Source: Vicugna vicugna
Taxonomy: Eukaryota
NCBI GenBank assembly: GCA_013265495.1
Contig: MU060965.1
Coordinates: 558,001 to 622,000, forward strand
Direction of reading: 5' to 3'
DNA length: 64,000 nucleotides
Shown: positions 12,301-27,694 of the stretch, piece after piece
Numbering within the stretch: the stretch's first letter is position 1
Layout: each line of letters starts with the position of its first letter
The notes under the pieces: generated by a model
Databases searched by the model: none
Told to the model about the DNA's origin: nothing
What the model saw: only the letters and a program-made list of their open reading frames with translations
Program-made: the position numbers and the translations under genes

Positions 12301-15300
12301 GTGTCAGAACCTGGAGGTACCCCTACCCTCGGCTCCGTGTGTGTGTGCAGCAGCCGCTCCCCTCCACACCACCAGCACCTGCTGGGTCTTGTGCTGTCGT
12401 GTCTGGACCCGGCGGGAGGGTGTAGGGTGCTCTGTGTCCTGGGCCCCTGAGGGGCCTGCTTTCCCCCGGTGGGCCCAGCGCTGCAGGCACGGTGGGTGGG
12501 GTGGTGGGCTCCAGGGTGGGTGAGTCTCGAATCCAAGCTTGCGGGCGTCTCGTTAAAAATCACAACACGTGCAGGAAACGGGGAGACGGAAGGAGGCTGT
12601 GTGGTGCTGAAGATTAAGAAAGCCCCGTGCTGGCAGCAGCCTCCATGTCCCTGCGTTAGGACCTGCCTGGGGACGGTGTCGCCTGGGGCTTTCACGTGTG
12701 CGTGTGGAACAGGTTGCGATGATGCCTCGTGTTGGTGGTTTGTCTTTGAAGGTAGAGAGACAGAGAAGACTGGAGAGAATAAAACAGAAACAGTCCCAAC
12801 TCCAGGAACTTATCCTGCAGGTAAGGACACGCTCGTCCTGCAAGCAAGGTGGTCTGTTGCTCCTGCTGCTTTAGTTCCTCCTCAGCTGCAGTGTCTGCAC
12901 ATCTCTGTGTTTCAGCAAATAAAGTCTCTACTCTGAGATTCTGAATACAGGTTCCATGAACGTTCACTGAGCTCGTCCCATGCGGACGTCGTGGACACAA
13001 CGAGCCCTCAGGGACGTGGGCCTTGATCTGAGAGGGTGCATGCGTGTGTGTGCGTGTGAGCGTGTGTGTGCGTGCATGTGTGCACACGTGTGCCCACGTG
13101 CCTTTACATGTGTGCGTAGGTGTGTGGGCCCGCACATGTATATTCATGCACGTGCGTGTGTGCCTGTGTGTGCATATGTTCGCGCATGTCTGTGCGTGTG
13201 TGCACCTGCCTGTTGCTCGTCAGGAGGTGTCTGGGTGGCAGGTGGGCTGGCCCCCGAGGGACAGTGTGGAAGGACTCTCCGGGACACGTGTGTCCTGTGT
13301 TCTGAGCGCCGGGCCCCAGACTGTGTGAGATGAGGTGGGTCCGCGTGTGTGGTCAGAGGACAGGCGGCAACACAACCCTGCCCCGCAGACACATGTGGTC
13401 GGTGAGCCTGCGGAGACGTCACCGGGCACAGCCGCACCCCTGTGGAGTCCGGGAGGCCCGTGCTCTGGGTCGGAAGCAAGCGTGTGTGAGGGGTTGCTGG
13501 AGGGTGGCTCATCCCTGGACTGAGAGTGTGGTGCTGGGCTGCCCGTAGGCCGTGGGTCAGGGAAGAGAAGGGTTCACAAGATGCTCATTGGCCCTGCTTA
13601 GGTTGGAGGGCGTCAGGGAGTCTCAGGACCCTGTGGGCGGACTGTCCAAGAGCCAGAGGGCTGGGGGTGTTGAAAGCTGTGACAGCAGGTGGGACCCTTG
13701 GGCAGAAGTGCAGAGGGTCTGAGGAAGGCCACTCTGCGGAGGGTGGGGATCTCCACCCCAGGAAAGGCCGGCAGGGTCAGTGTGGGGTTTGGGGCATCTG
13801 CCAGCCTGGCGTCCAGGACCCAGCGGAGGAGGGTGTGCATCTTGCCCCGGCAGGTCTGTTCAGCACGGGGGCCCTTGAAAGAGGGGCCTGGGCCCTCCTT
13901 GGGGACCGTCCCAGGGGGTGCTTTGGCGGGTAGGGAAGGGGCCGCAGGGCCAAGGGGGCAGGTGGACAGACGGAGGAGCAGGTGGGCGCAGGTCCACCAG
14001 GGAGGGGAGGGCATGCCGGGCAGCGGCCCCTCCTGGCTCCCAGGTTCTCCCACTGAGTCCCCAGGGATGGGCTGTGCTGCTTGAAAAGCATCCTAGTCAC
14101 TGGCTCCCTCCTCCGGAGCTGTCGCTGGGGAGAAGCCGGTGGGGGCACTTCCTGGCTTTAACTCAGGGGCAGGAGAGTTACCCTGAGGGTGAACTCAGTT
14201 CTAGCTGAGGCCCCAGGAGAAACAGCCTTTACTGCCAGGCTGCCTGGCACATCGGCGCTCCTGGGGGCCCCGTAACTTGAGGGTGGGACGGCGGGGGCTC
14301 TCAGATCTACCCAGAGCGGCAGGAGGAGCGGAGCCTCAAGTCAGCGCTTTTCCTTTAGCTGCCCCCACCCCCCGGCTGCGAGACGTGTGCCCAGGTGGCC
14401 TGAGTGCCCGCGTCCCCAGCTTCCTCCAGACGTGTGGTGTGTGGACGTTTTCTTTGCTGGGTGACTCCTTGGGGCTGCCGCCCCGGCCACTCTGATCTCT
14501 AAGGGGGGGACCAGACCCCCTTGGCGTCGGGTGGGCTCTGGAGGGTGTCAACGCTCAGGGAGGGTAGCTGTTCGGTGACAGCCTGTGTGAGCCGTGTCGG
14601 TCATGCGTCTTTTCAGCAAATTGCCTTCAAGAACCTGGTGCAGAGGAACCGGCAGGCGGAGCAGCAGGCCAGCCGGCCGCCCCCGCCCAACTCGGTCATC
14701 CACCTGCCGTTCATCATCGTCAACACCGGCAAGAAGACCGTCATCGACTGCAGCATTTCCAACGACAAGTAGGTCTGGGGCCGCCCTCGGCTGATGGAAG
14801 GCGCTGTCTGGTCCTTTCGGTGTCTGACTTACAGTCGTCACGTCTGGGCTCCTCGCAGGATCAGTGTGCCCTCTGCGTCTCACTTCCCTTGTGACGCGTC
14901 CCCTTGAGGAGGACGGCGAATCCAACCCATGGGCTCTGGTCAGGGCAGCTGTTCAGTCCGTTCTGGGGGCCGTGGACTCCCCGGCCGGGCCCTGCCCAGC
15001 GCGGAGGTGTGGCCGGAGCCCCTCGTGCAGCAGCCCCGGCGTTGATGTGCTGTGTGACTGAGGAGGGTTTGGGGCAAGTGGGGTGTCCGCTCGGGGCCCC
15101 GAGCTGTGTGTGCATCTCAGAGACGGTGCTTTTCTGACCATGACCTTCTCCTCCAGGTTTGAGTATCTGTTTAATTTTGACAACACGTTTGAAATCCATG
15201 ACGACATCGAGGTGCTGAAGCGCATGGGGATGGCCTGTGGCCTGGAGTCGGGGAGCTGCTCTGCCGAGGGCCTGAAGGTGGCCAGGAGCCTGGTGCCCAA

Positions 15301-18300
15301 GGCACTGGAGCCCTACGTGACAGGTCAGCCCCCACCTGGACGGAGCCCCCACCTCCGCGGCAGGCAGCTCCAGCCCAGCACTGAGGGCAGAGACAAACAT
15401 GGTGGGGGCCGCGTCGGTGGGGTTCTGTCTGGCGGGGCTGTCGTCCCCGGACACGTGGGCGTGAAGTTTGCCCGGCACCCTGTGCTTTGCCGTGTGGTTT
15501 GCACAGGGAAGCTGGTGTCGGGGTTGCCTTCCAGTGGGGCCCCAAGTTGGGAGAAGGCGATCTGGAGGGGCGCAGTAGGCGGGGGCCTGTCCCCTGACGG
15601 AGTTGCTTGGTCTGTGCAGCCAAGTGACCAAGAAAGTCCAGAGGGTCAGTGCCCGTCCTGACAACAGGCGGGCGTTTGCGGGGCAGCTGTTGCTCTGGGT
15701 CTCAGGCACCTGTGGATCCTTGGCTGAGCTGTTGGGGTCCTGGCCACGGAGGGATGGACTTCATGGTGAGAAGAAGCTGCCTCCCTGCCTCTCCGTGGGG
15801 TGGACTTACCCCCACTGCCTCGGGTGGGCCTGAAGGGCTCCCACGCAGTCCAGGAGGAACGGGCGTCTGGCCGCAGAGCGTCCCAAGTGGATCCTGCCCG
15901 CCCCCTGCTCCCACCGCAGCTGCGCCCTCTTCTCGGCGGTGCGGCGGCCTCCAGGCCAGGGCAAACGTAGGTCTTTCTTCCCTCGGTTCCCATGTCTGCT
16001 TTGTGACGACAGCGCCTATCCCGGCTCGGCTGAGGTCACCAGGGACTGGTGACTGGGGACGTGAACGAGGATGCTGAGCCGCCCAGGGAGACCCGGCCAT
16101 GGCCCTGCCTGGGCAGCTCCAAGGGATGGCCGCAGCCGTCGTCTCAGCACGTGTGCCTGCTTCGTGACTTTGCTGTACTCTTTTTCCAGAAATGGCTCAG
16201 GGGTCACTTGGCGGCGTCTTCCTCACATCTGCGGTCTCGGCTTCTAACGGCACAAGGCTCTCTGCTAGGTGAGTAGCTGTGGTCCCGGCAGGGTCATCCG
16301 GCAGCGGGGACCAGCCCTCCGCAGCTGCGCAGACCGGGCTCACTGCCCGCCCAATGCGCTCACGCTGCCCCGAGTCACAGCCCAGCCCGTCCCCTGTGCA
16401 GAGGCCCCTTTTGTGTGCCAGTTTCTTCCCCAAAGGTGAGCAGTAACACGGGTTTTATTTTTGAGAAAGTAGCGCCTGCAAGGTGGGGGCAGTCACGTGA
16501 CCCGCGGCAGCCCGAGTGACGGTATTCCTTGGTCACACGTTTCCTTTTTCTCTTGACACGTTTGAGGTCACAACTACGTACAATTTGGTCCCCTCCTTTC
16601 TTCACTTGACCATTTATTGTATTTTTCTGTGCTGAAGGGGCTCTGACGTTTGAATCCGTGTATTTGACCTTTGACCCAGCAGTCCCGGGGCAGAATCACG
16701 TTGTGCCTGGGGGTTTGTCTTAGTTTTTAAAGGTAAACGTGAGACGGTGTCAGCAGTAGGTGTTGATGAAACTGGGTTTATTCGCTTTTGTGTGGTGTTC
16801 TACGCTGTGTATGTTACTTTGTCTTCATCTGAGTGTTAATTATAAGTGTTTAGTTTCGTAAACAGAGCACAGTGGGCAGTGAGTCTAGCCACCGGGGCCG
16901 AGTCGTGGTGTGGACACACCTTCCACGGAGGCCCTGGTGTTGTGTGGCCTCTGTGGCGCTGCCAGGGCCCCAGCGCGGCCCCAAGGGGTCTTGCCGGCAG
17001 GCGGGGCGCTTTCGGGGTCGGCCCCCTCGGCGGGGCCGAAGGAGTGCGGAGTCCTCCGGGTGCCTGCTCTGGCTGGGCCTCGGCAGAGGTCAGCTCGGCC
17101 TCAGTTCCCGGCCTGCCCCTGCGGGTGTGGTCAGCCTGTGGAGCCCGGACGTGCTTGCTCCAAGAGGTGGGGTTTGGGTGTTTTCTAAACTTTCACTTTA
17201 AGGAACTCCTCCTATTGGTTCGTTTTCCAGAAGCTTGTGTCGGTTTTTGTAGCGAAACAAGCAAAGCCAGTACTGTTTCTGAAGAAAAGCCCCCGTGTGT
17301 GGTGGTGGACGTGAGAGTTCACAGAGGCAGGTGACGCACGTTTGCTGACCCGGCCTCCGTGTCGGGAGTTGGGTGGCTCCCAGTTGCAGGAGGAGCTGCG
17401 TGGTCAGCCTCTCGGCTCAGGTCTCAGCCTTTCCGACGTCGTTGCTGGGCTGGGTCTCCCGGAGCGGGGATTCCTTTGTCGAAGAGCACGGCGTTCGGTA
17501 GGTTTCGTCGTGCAGCGTTCGAGACACCAGTCGAGTGTGAAGGTGCTTGCGTGATTTTCTGTTTCAGCATTAGGGTCCGAGGCTGCCCTGGCTGGGGGTG
17601 CTGGCAGTGCCAACGGCCGTCAGGGCCTCCGGGGGCACTAAAGCAGCAGCGTGTCCCCGAACTGCGTCACACGCCCAGGCCCCGTCTCAGGTCCCCGACG
17701 GCTGGTTTCCAGTGCGGCTCTGACCCTTTCACGTCCTGTCACCTCTGAATGGGTTTGCTCTTCCAGAGTCACCTCCCTTTGTGGAAACAGTCGAAGGCCT
17801 TCAGGTCGGCCTGCTGGGCGAGCCCTCCCTCTGGGGCAGACGATGCGGCTCTGAGTCATGGTGGGAGGCCTTCCCGGAGTCTGGAGGCTGGACGAGCTCT
17901 GGGATTTTAATTCTCGGTCGGCGTCCTTTCCATACTTGGTGTTTCTTAGAAAACCTCTCTCTGCTGTTCACCTCGGGTGCTGAGATGCTGAAATGACTTG
18001 TGACTTTAGCCTGCCTCGTGGTGGGCGTGGGCCTCAGACCACCGCTGGGCCCGCTGACCCCACGTCGGGGGCGCTGTACTGGGATCTTTCACCAGGACCC
18101 TGGCTCTCAAACCCCCTCCATTCCAGGCCGGGACCCCCACCTTCCGGGCTGGATGGCACTTTGTGGTGAGCACTGCCCCGCTCCTCGTGGGGTTTGGGTT
18201 GCACCCACGGCCTCAGATGCCAGTACCCCTCCAGTTGTGACAACCAAAGATGGGGTGAGGCTCCTGGGGGCATCTGCAGGCGCGGGCGGGTCCCAGACAC

Positions 18301-19062
18301 TCGTCCGAGGACCAGCGTGTGGGGGGCCAGGCAGCCCTGGCTCCCACTGCCCAGGGCCCCCCGCTGACCATCAGCAGGCGCTGATCCACAAACTGTCAGC
18401 ACCGTGGGGTCCCGGAGCCGGGCCGGGGTGTGGGCTGCAGAGCGTCTGCGTGAGACTCGCTGGTCTCAGCTCACTGTCGCGTGGCACAGACGCCGGAGGG
18501 GCCGGGGCATTGTTAGCACACGCGCCTGTCCATGCACGAGTGCACATGTGCACGTACAGCTCACTGGGCCCTCCCTGGCACCACTGTTGGGGGTCTCGTG
18601 TGGAGGGTCCCGGGTCATCCTTTTCGGGCTGGGCCTTTTCTTCCCCTGCCCCCACCTCTTCCCAGGGGTCCGGAGGGTCCGGAGGTTTTCCGACTTGTGC
18701 ACCTGCAATCTTGTTTCTGACGAGACTTGAACGGGAGCAGACTGAGTGCTGGGGTCCTGCTGGGTCCCCTTGCTTCGGACGCGAGAGGGTGACGGGGCCG
18801 CGGGTGCTGGACTCCGTGCTGCGTGAGGTTCCCGCTCCCGACTATGTCCTTGACACCCCGCCGCCCGCCGTCCCTGGTGCGGCCGCTGACCTCGTGCGCC
18901 TCCCGTCCCTGCAGTGACCTAGCCAACGGCGCAGACGGGATGCTGGCCACCAGCTCCAGTGGGTCGCAGTACAGCGGGTCCAGGGTGGAGACGCCCGTGT
19001 CCTGCGTCGGGGAGGACGATGAGGAGGACGACGCCTTCATCGAGAACGAGGAAGAGGACTGA
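6264..19062 (+). CDS. TFDP1: Transcription factor Dp-1 (E2F dimerization partner), 5'-partial gene; join(6264..6330,7999..8105,10775..10896,11771..11936,12173..12316,12752..12820,14617..14768,15157..15323,16190..16268,18915..19062)
   Basis: Ten GT-AG exons join in one frame (1221 nt, 406 aa plus stop). They encode the DP winged-helix domain ([17 protein letters not shown]), the DEF box ([19 protein letters not shown]), the coiled-coil/marked box and the acidic tail. The 12-nt MAKD start exon was not found, so it lies upstream; with it the protein would be 410 aa. Confidence 0.98.
7999..8105 (+). CDS. TFDP1: TFDP1 coding exon ([12 protein letters not shown]...NIAQQV)
   Basis: cag|GT...GTG|gtaag, 107 bp. 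Confidence 0.96.
10775..10896 (+). CDS. TFDP1: TFDP1 coding exon ([13 protein letters not shown]...SPWSA)
   Basis: tag|GTG...CCGG|gtgag, 122 bp. Confidence 0.95.
11771..11936 (+). CDS. TFDP1: TFDP1 coding exon ([24 protein letters not shown]...PSES)
   Basis: cag|G...TCG|gtgag, 166 bp; nuclear localisation signal and start of the DNA-binding domain. Confidence 0.97.
12173..12316 (+). CDS. TFDP1: TFDP1 coding exon ([18 protein letters not shown]...CQNLE)
   Basis: cag|GCT...GAG|gtac, 144 bp; DEF box. Confidence 0.97.
12752..12820 (+). CDS. TFDP1: TFDP1 coding exon ([23 protein letters not shown])
   Basis: aag|GTA...CAG|gtaag, 69 bp. Confidence 0.96.
13036..13205 (+). repeat. Alternating purine-pyrimidine (GT/GC/AT) tract in TFDP1 intron 8
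   Basis: 170 bp of largely alternating RY sequence. Confidence 0.85.
14617..14768 (+). CDS. TFDP1: TFDP1 coding exon ([11 protein letters not shown]...DCSISND)
   Basis: cag|CAA...AA|gtagg, 152 bp. Confidence 0.97.
15157..15323 (+). CDS. TFDP1: TFDP1 coding exon ([24 protein letters not shown]...EPYVT)
   Basis: cag|G...ACAG|gtcag, 167 bp. Confidence 0.97.
16190..16268 (+). CDS. TFDP1: TFDP1 coding exon ([25 protein letters not shown])
   Basis: cag|AA...AG|gtgag, 79 bp. Confidence 0.93.
18915..19062 (+). CDS. TFDP1: TFDP1 last coding exon ([14 protein letters not shown]...ENEEED*)
   Basis: cag|T GAC..., TGA at 19060-19062. Confidence 0.96.
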
Positions 19063-20010
19063 GCCGTGCGGCACTGGGAGGGGAGCTGCGGAGCGGCCGG
19101 CTGGCTCTTGGCCTCCTCAGCGAGCGCAGGACTCGACGTGCGCCTCCGAGCAGCGCGGGCTTGTCCTCGGGGTCTGGACGGCTGGCCTGGTGCAGCCAGC
19201 TGACTTGCAGCCTCCACTGCTTTCGGATTTTCTGTTTTCGTTTGCTGTTTCTTTAAATTCAGAGCTTTTGTTGCCCCTTGAGGACCCTTGCTGGGTTTGC
19301 TGAGGAAGCTGGGTTCCACCCATCGTTGGTGAGGACAGACGGAGGCCTCCGCCCAGTGCCCAGTGCCGCCTGGTGAGGCCCCGATCGCCACCCGCCCGGC
19401 CCTGCTCCCCTGCCTTTTCTTACGACCTTATTTCCCTTAAATTATATTGACTGTGTGACTCCATCGGGTTTGTACTTTGTTTTTGCTCTGCGTTGCAGCA
19501 AACACATTGCAAAGTTCCTTTTTTGTTTTTGTTTGGTTTGGTAGAAGTTTACTGCCGTGCTGGTGCAGCTGTGGAAACTCTGGAAAGCTTGGAATGGTTT
19601 ATTGCTTATGGTAAATTCGCCTGATTTCTTACAGGCAGCGTTTGGAGACTTTTTATTACATAGTTGTTTACATACTTATAAGTCTATCATTTAAAGACAT
19701 GTACTGAAACAAATGTTGTATTTGTTTCGCAAGCATCTTCCTGTGATCTATTATAAAATTGAAATTAAATATAGAGGATGTTTTAACAGTTTTTTAACTC
19801 AGAACTTGTCAATCATTTTTAATAGTTGTTTTTTTATAAAAAGAAACAGGAATTTCAGGACAGGCAGTAGTCTCTCTTAAAACTTACTCACAAAGAACCG
19901 TTAACTGCACCATTGCTGTTAGCTGCCTGTTCTAAACAAGCCTTTTTATTGGAACACAAATAAACTTTTCTGTAATATTTTGTGGAATAAAGAGACTTTA
20001 ACTGTCTGAC
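19063..20010 (+). other. TFDP1: TFDP1 3' UTR (end approximate)
   Basis: U-rich, AT-rich segment after the stop, ending at tandem AATAAA signals. Confidence 0.8.
19959..19991 (+). terminator. TFDP1 polyadenylation signals (AATAAA x2)
   Basis: AATAAA at 19959-19964 and 19986-19991, followed by GT/T-rich sequence; ATTAAA also at 19764-19769. Confidence 0.8.
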
Positions 20011-22190
20011 TTGTTTAACTCGGCACCGTTGGTTTTTATTAATGAAGCGTGCGTATGCATTCTAAACAAGCCGCGAGTCCCTCTGATACAGGGGCGCTGT
20101 TGGGACTCGCCTCTCCACCACCGTGGGAAGGAGTTCGGCCGCTGCCCAAGGCGGTCCTGGGGATGCAGCCAGGGCGGCGCCCCCTCTCCGGTGGCCGGGG
20201 CTGGGCAGAGGGCTCATGCCTGCCTTTCTGCTCGCCTTGTTTTCAGGGGAACACTGCCCACCACCTACCATGCTTTACTCCCTGTAAAATGTCACCTTTG
20301 TACACACATATCCCACAAGGTCACCAAGCACCAGGCGTGCCCTCACGGTGACGCAGCCACGGCGAGATCACCAGGCCGGGTCACTGCCTTTCTTCTGGAT
20401 CCTGAAAGCTGACACAGATTTTATGGATTTGACTCTTGGAAAAGAGTAAGATTGGAAGGTAAGATAGAATTAAGTGGTTTATTCGAGCTGGTTGAGTGAA
20501 TCTGTGAACGTTTCAGGAGACGGTTGTGGACTTGAGCAGGGGCAGGCGTCCCTCAGGCTGTGGCCGGAGCCCCTTCCTCCTGACGGTGGCTGTAACTCCG
20601 ACCATCCTGTGGCTTGTGGGACGGAGGGCCGGGGAGTCTCAGCGCCACGTGCAGGTGGACGTGCGGCCAGCCCGGCTTCTCCTGGGCTTTGCGCCCTGCT
20701 GCGTCCTCCTCCGGTGCGTCTGGGCGGGTCCCACCAGGGTGACAGCCGCTGGTTCGGAAGGGCGAGGGGGCCTGTGACTGCTGGTTAGTTGGTCATGTTG
20801 CTCTCGGGGCCGTCCTGGGCAGGCGACAAGGTTCTGGCACCATCTCCTCATTGCTTCTCCTGGTGGGTGCTTGGCCGTGGCCCTGTCATCTCGGAGCATC
20901 GCCATCTGGGTGTCCCCGCCTGCACCCTTTGGCCCCCGGTGTCCCTGTGGTGCTCTGTTACCTTTGGGGATGTGTGTTTATAAAGGTCACATTCTGTAAG
21001 GAGTGAAACATTAAAGGTAGTGAGTGCTGAGTTTCTAACAGGAGGGCCTGTGGCTAAATGGGCCGAGTGCTGACTGGGTGTTAGCACAGTGGCTCCCGGA
21101 GATGCCATCACCTGCATGTGGGTGCCCCGCGTGCGCCCAGTGGGTGCCCAGTGAGTGCCCGGCGTGCGCCCAGCCTGTGCCTGCTGTGTGCCTGGTGCGT
21201 TGGTGACATCAGTGTGAGGTGCAATGGCTCACCTCCACTGGGGAGGAGAAACTTCCAGGCTTGAACCTCGGCCTCTGGCCTCTGACCCCTGACCCCAGAG
21301 CCTGTGCCACCCCTCCCCCAGGTGCTGATTGTCCCATGTATTTAATAGCGACTTGGCAGAAAATTCCAGAACTTCTTCCCAAGGAGCGGTTTGTGGTCTG
21401 TGTGCTTCCAGGACCGAGATCTCACACACCTTTCCCTCCCCAAGCACGCGCAGCCCCTCACATGCCGGGACTCGGGCCTCCTTGGCCTCTGTCCTTACCT
21501 GTGAGATGGGATCTGCGGGTCCGGCCTGGGTCAGCCCCTCGGCCTCATTCGTTTGGAGGTAACTGCGCCCCGCCCCGCCCCATGCCAGCCTCGGTGTCGC
21601 TTCTGGGTGACTAGACCTCTGACCTCTGACCTGCTGTGTGTCATGGCACACCTGAGATGACCTAACTTCTGACCTGGTGTGATGGTTCTGAGTGGCTCTC
21701 GGGGGGGTGGTCAGCAAGGAGGAGCGTCTGCCCCGGGGTCTCACGTGGTGGAGACGCCCACACTCCCAGGGTCCCGCGGCTGTGGGGTGCTGCCCGGCGC
21801 CTGCCCCAGGCTGTGTCCCCGGTGCTTGTCTGGGGTCAGGACACCGGGCCTCGAGCTACGGTTTGGGTGAAAATAGGCGAGTCAGAGCAGGTTTGTCTCT
21901 GGACAGATTGTCCTCATCTCAGTGTTTTCCAAGGAAGTCAGCGTTGCAGACTTCATGCTCCTGGAGGCTGGCGGGAGGTTGGAAGGGAGGCCGCCTCTGG
22001 GCTCGGGTCTGTCCGCGCTGGCGACACCCTTGCGCCCGGGAACCGCGTGTTCTCAAGTGACAGCCGCTCTGCTTTGTCCTGTGGTTTCCCTGACTTGCCA
22101 TTGAAAGTTTTAAAGAAAGAGCCGTTTGATTTTTCGGTTCTTTTTCCTTATCAGGAAAGACATGACTGTTTTTTGTAGAGTAAGGGTGAG

Positions 22191-22201
22191 TTTAATTTAA
22201 T
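22191..22201 (-). terminator. Probable ATP4B polyadenylation signal (tandem ATTAAA)
   Basis: Plus-strand TTTAATTTAAT reads as ATTAAA twice on the minus strand, about 400 nt after the stop, in an AT-rich patch. Confidence 0.5.
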
Positions 22202-22603
22202 AAACTTGATTTTTACAGTTTAGGAATTGCACTTTTTAAAGCAAGCCTCCAGAATGCCCACAACCCCACGTTTCACGTCAGCGCATCCCTAGTCTGCATA
22301 GTAACAGACGGGAAAACCAGTTACAGCAAGAAGAGTGGTGTGCAGGTGGACAAGTCCTCTCGGGGTCTTGGTGGTCAGACGGCTGCTGCCTTAAGGTCAC
22401 CATGTCGGCCCCACGTTTTTATCAGCTCTGCAAATCCTCTCTAAAAAGGAGTAGAGACCTAGTCTGATTCTAATGCCGAGAGCGCGGTGCACAGGCCGGT
22501 CTGCTCCCCGCGCCGGCTCCAGCCAGGTGGGCACGATGGGAGCCGGTGGCCAGGAGGTGGTGGTCTGCGAGTGCCCCTGCGGGCCGGGCCAGCCTCCTGC
22601 TCG

Positions 22604-27442
<4,839 letters not shown>

Positions 27443-27488
27443 CGGCCCTGCTTCTGGAAGCCCTCCTCCAGGAGGAGAAAGTCCGGGG

Positions 27489-27694
27489 TTTTATAGTCTC
27501 CTCGTCAGAGGTCAGCGGCACGGCGGAGCCGGTCCCAGGGGAGCCTGGCAGGCGTTATCACGCCGCCGCTATCGGGCAGCCCTGGCAGGTCCTCCCGCTG
27601 TCAGGTGCCTCCACCTCTCCCTGGGCAAGTCAGGGCCCCGCTGCTGGCCCCCAGCCCCGGACGCCCTTGGCCCTGACTTGGTCTGTTCTGATAG
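27489..27694 (-). promoter_or_regulatory. ATP4B proximal promoter: TATA box, CRE half-site, GATA motifs
   Basis: Minus-strand TATAAAA at 27489-27495 (47 nt before the ATG), TGACG at 27503-27507, GATA cores at 27555-27560, 27569-27574 and 27689-27694. GATA-4/6 control of H/K-ATPase promoters is established. Confidence 0.75.
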
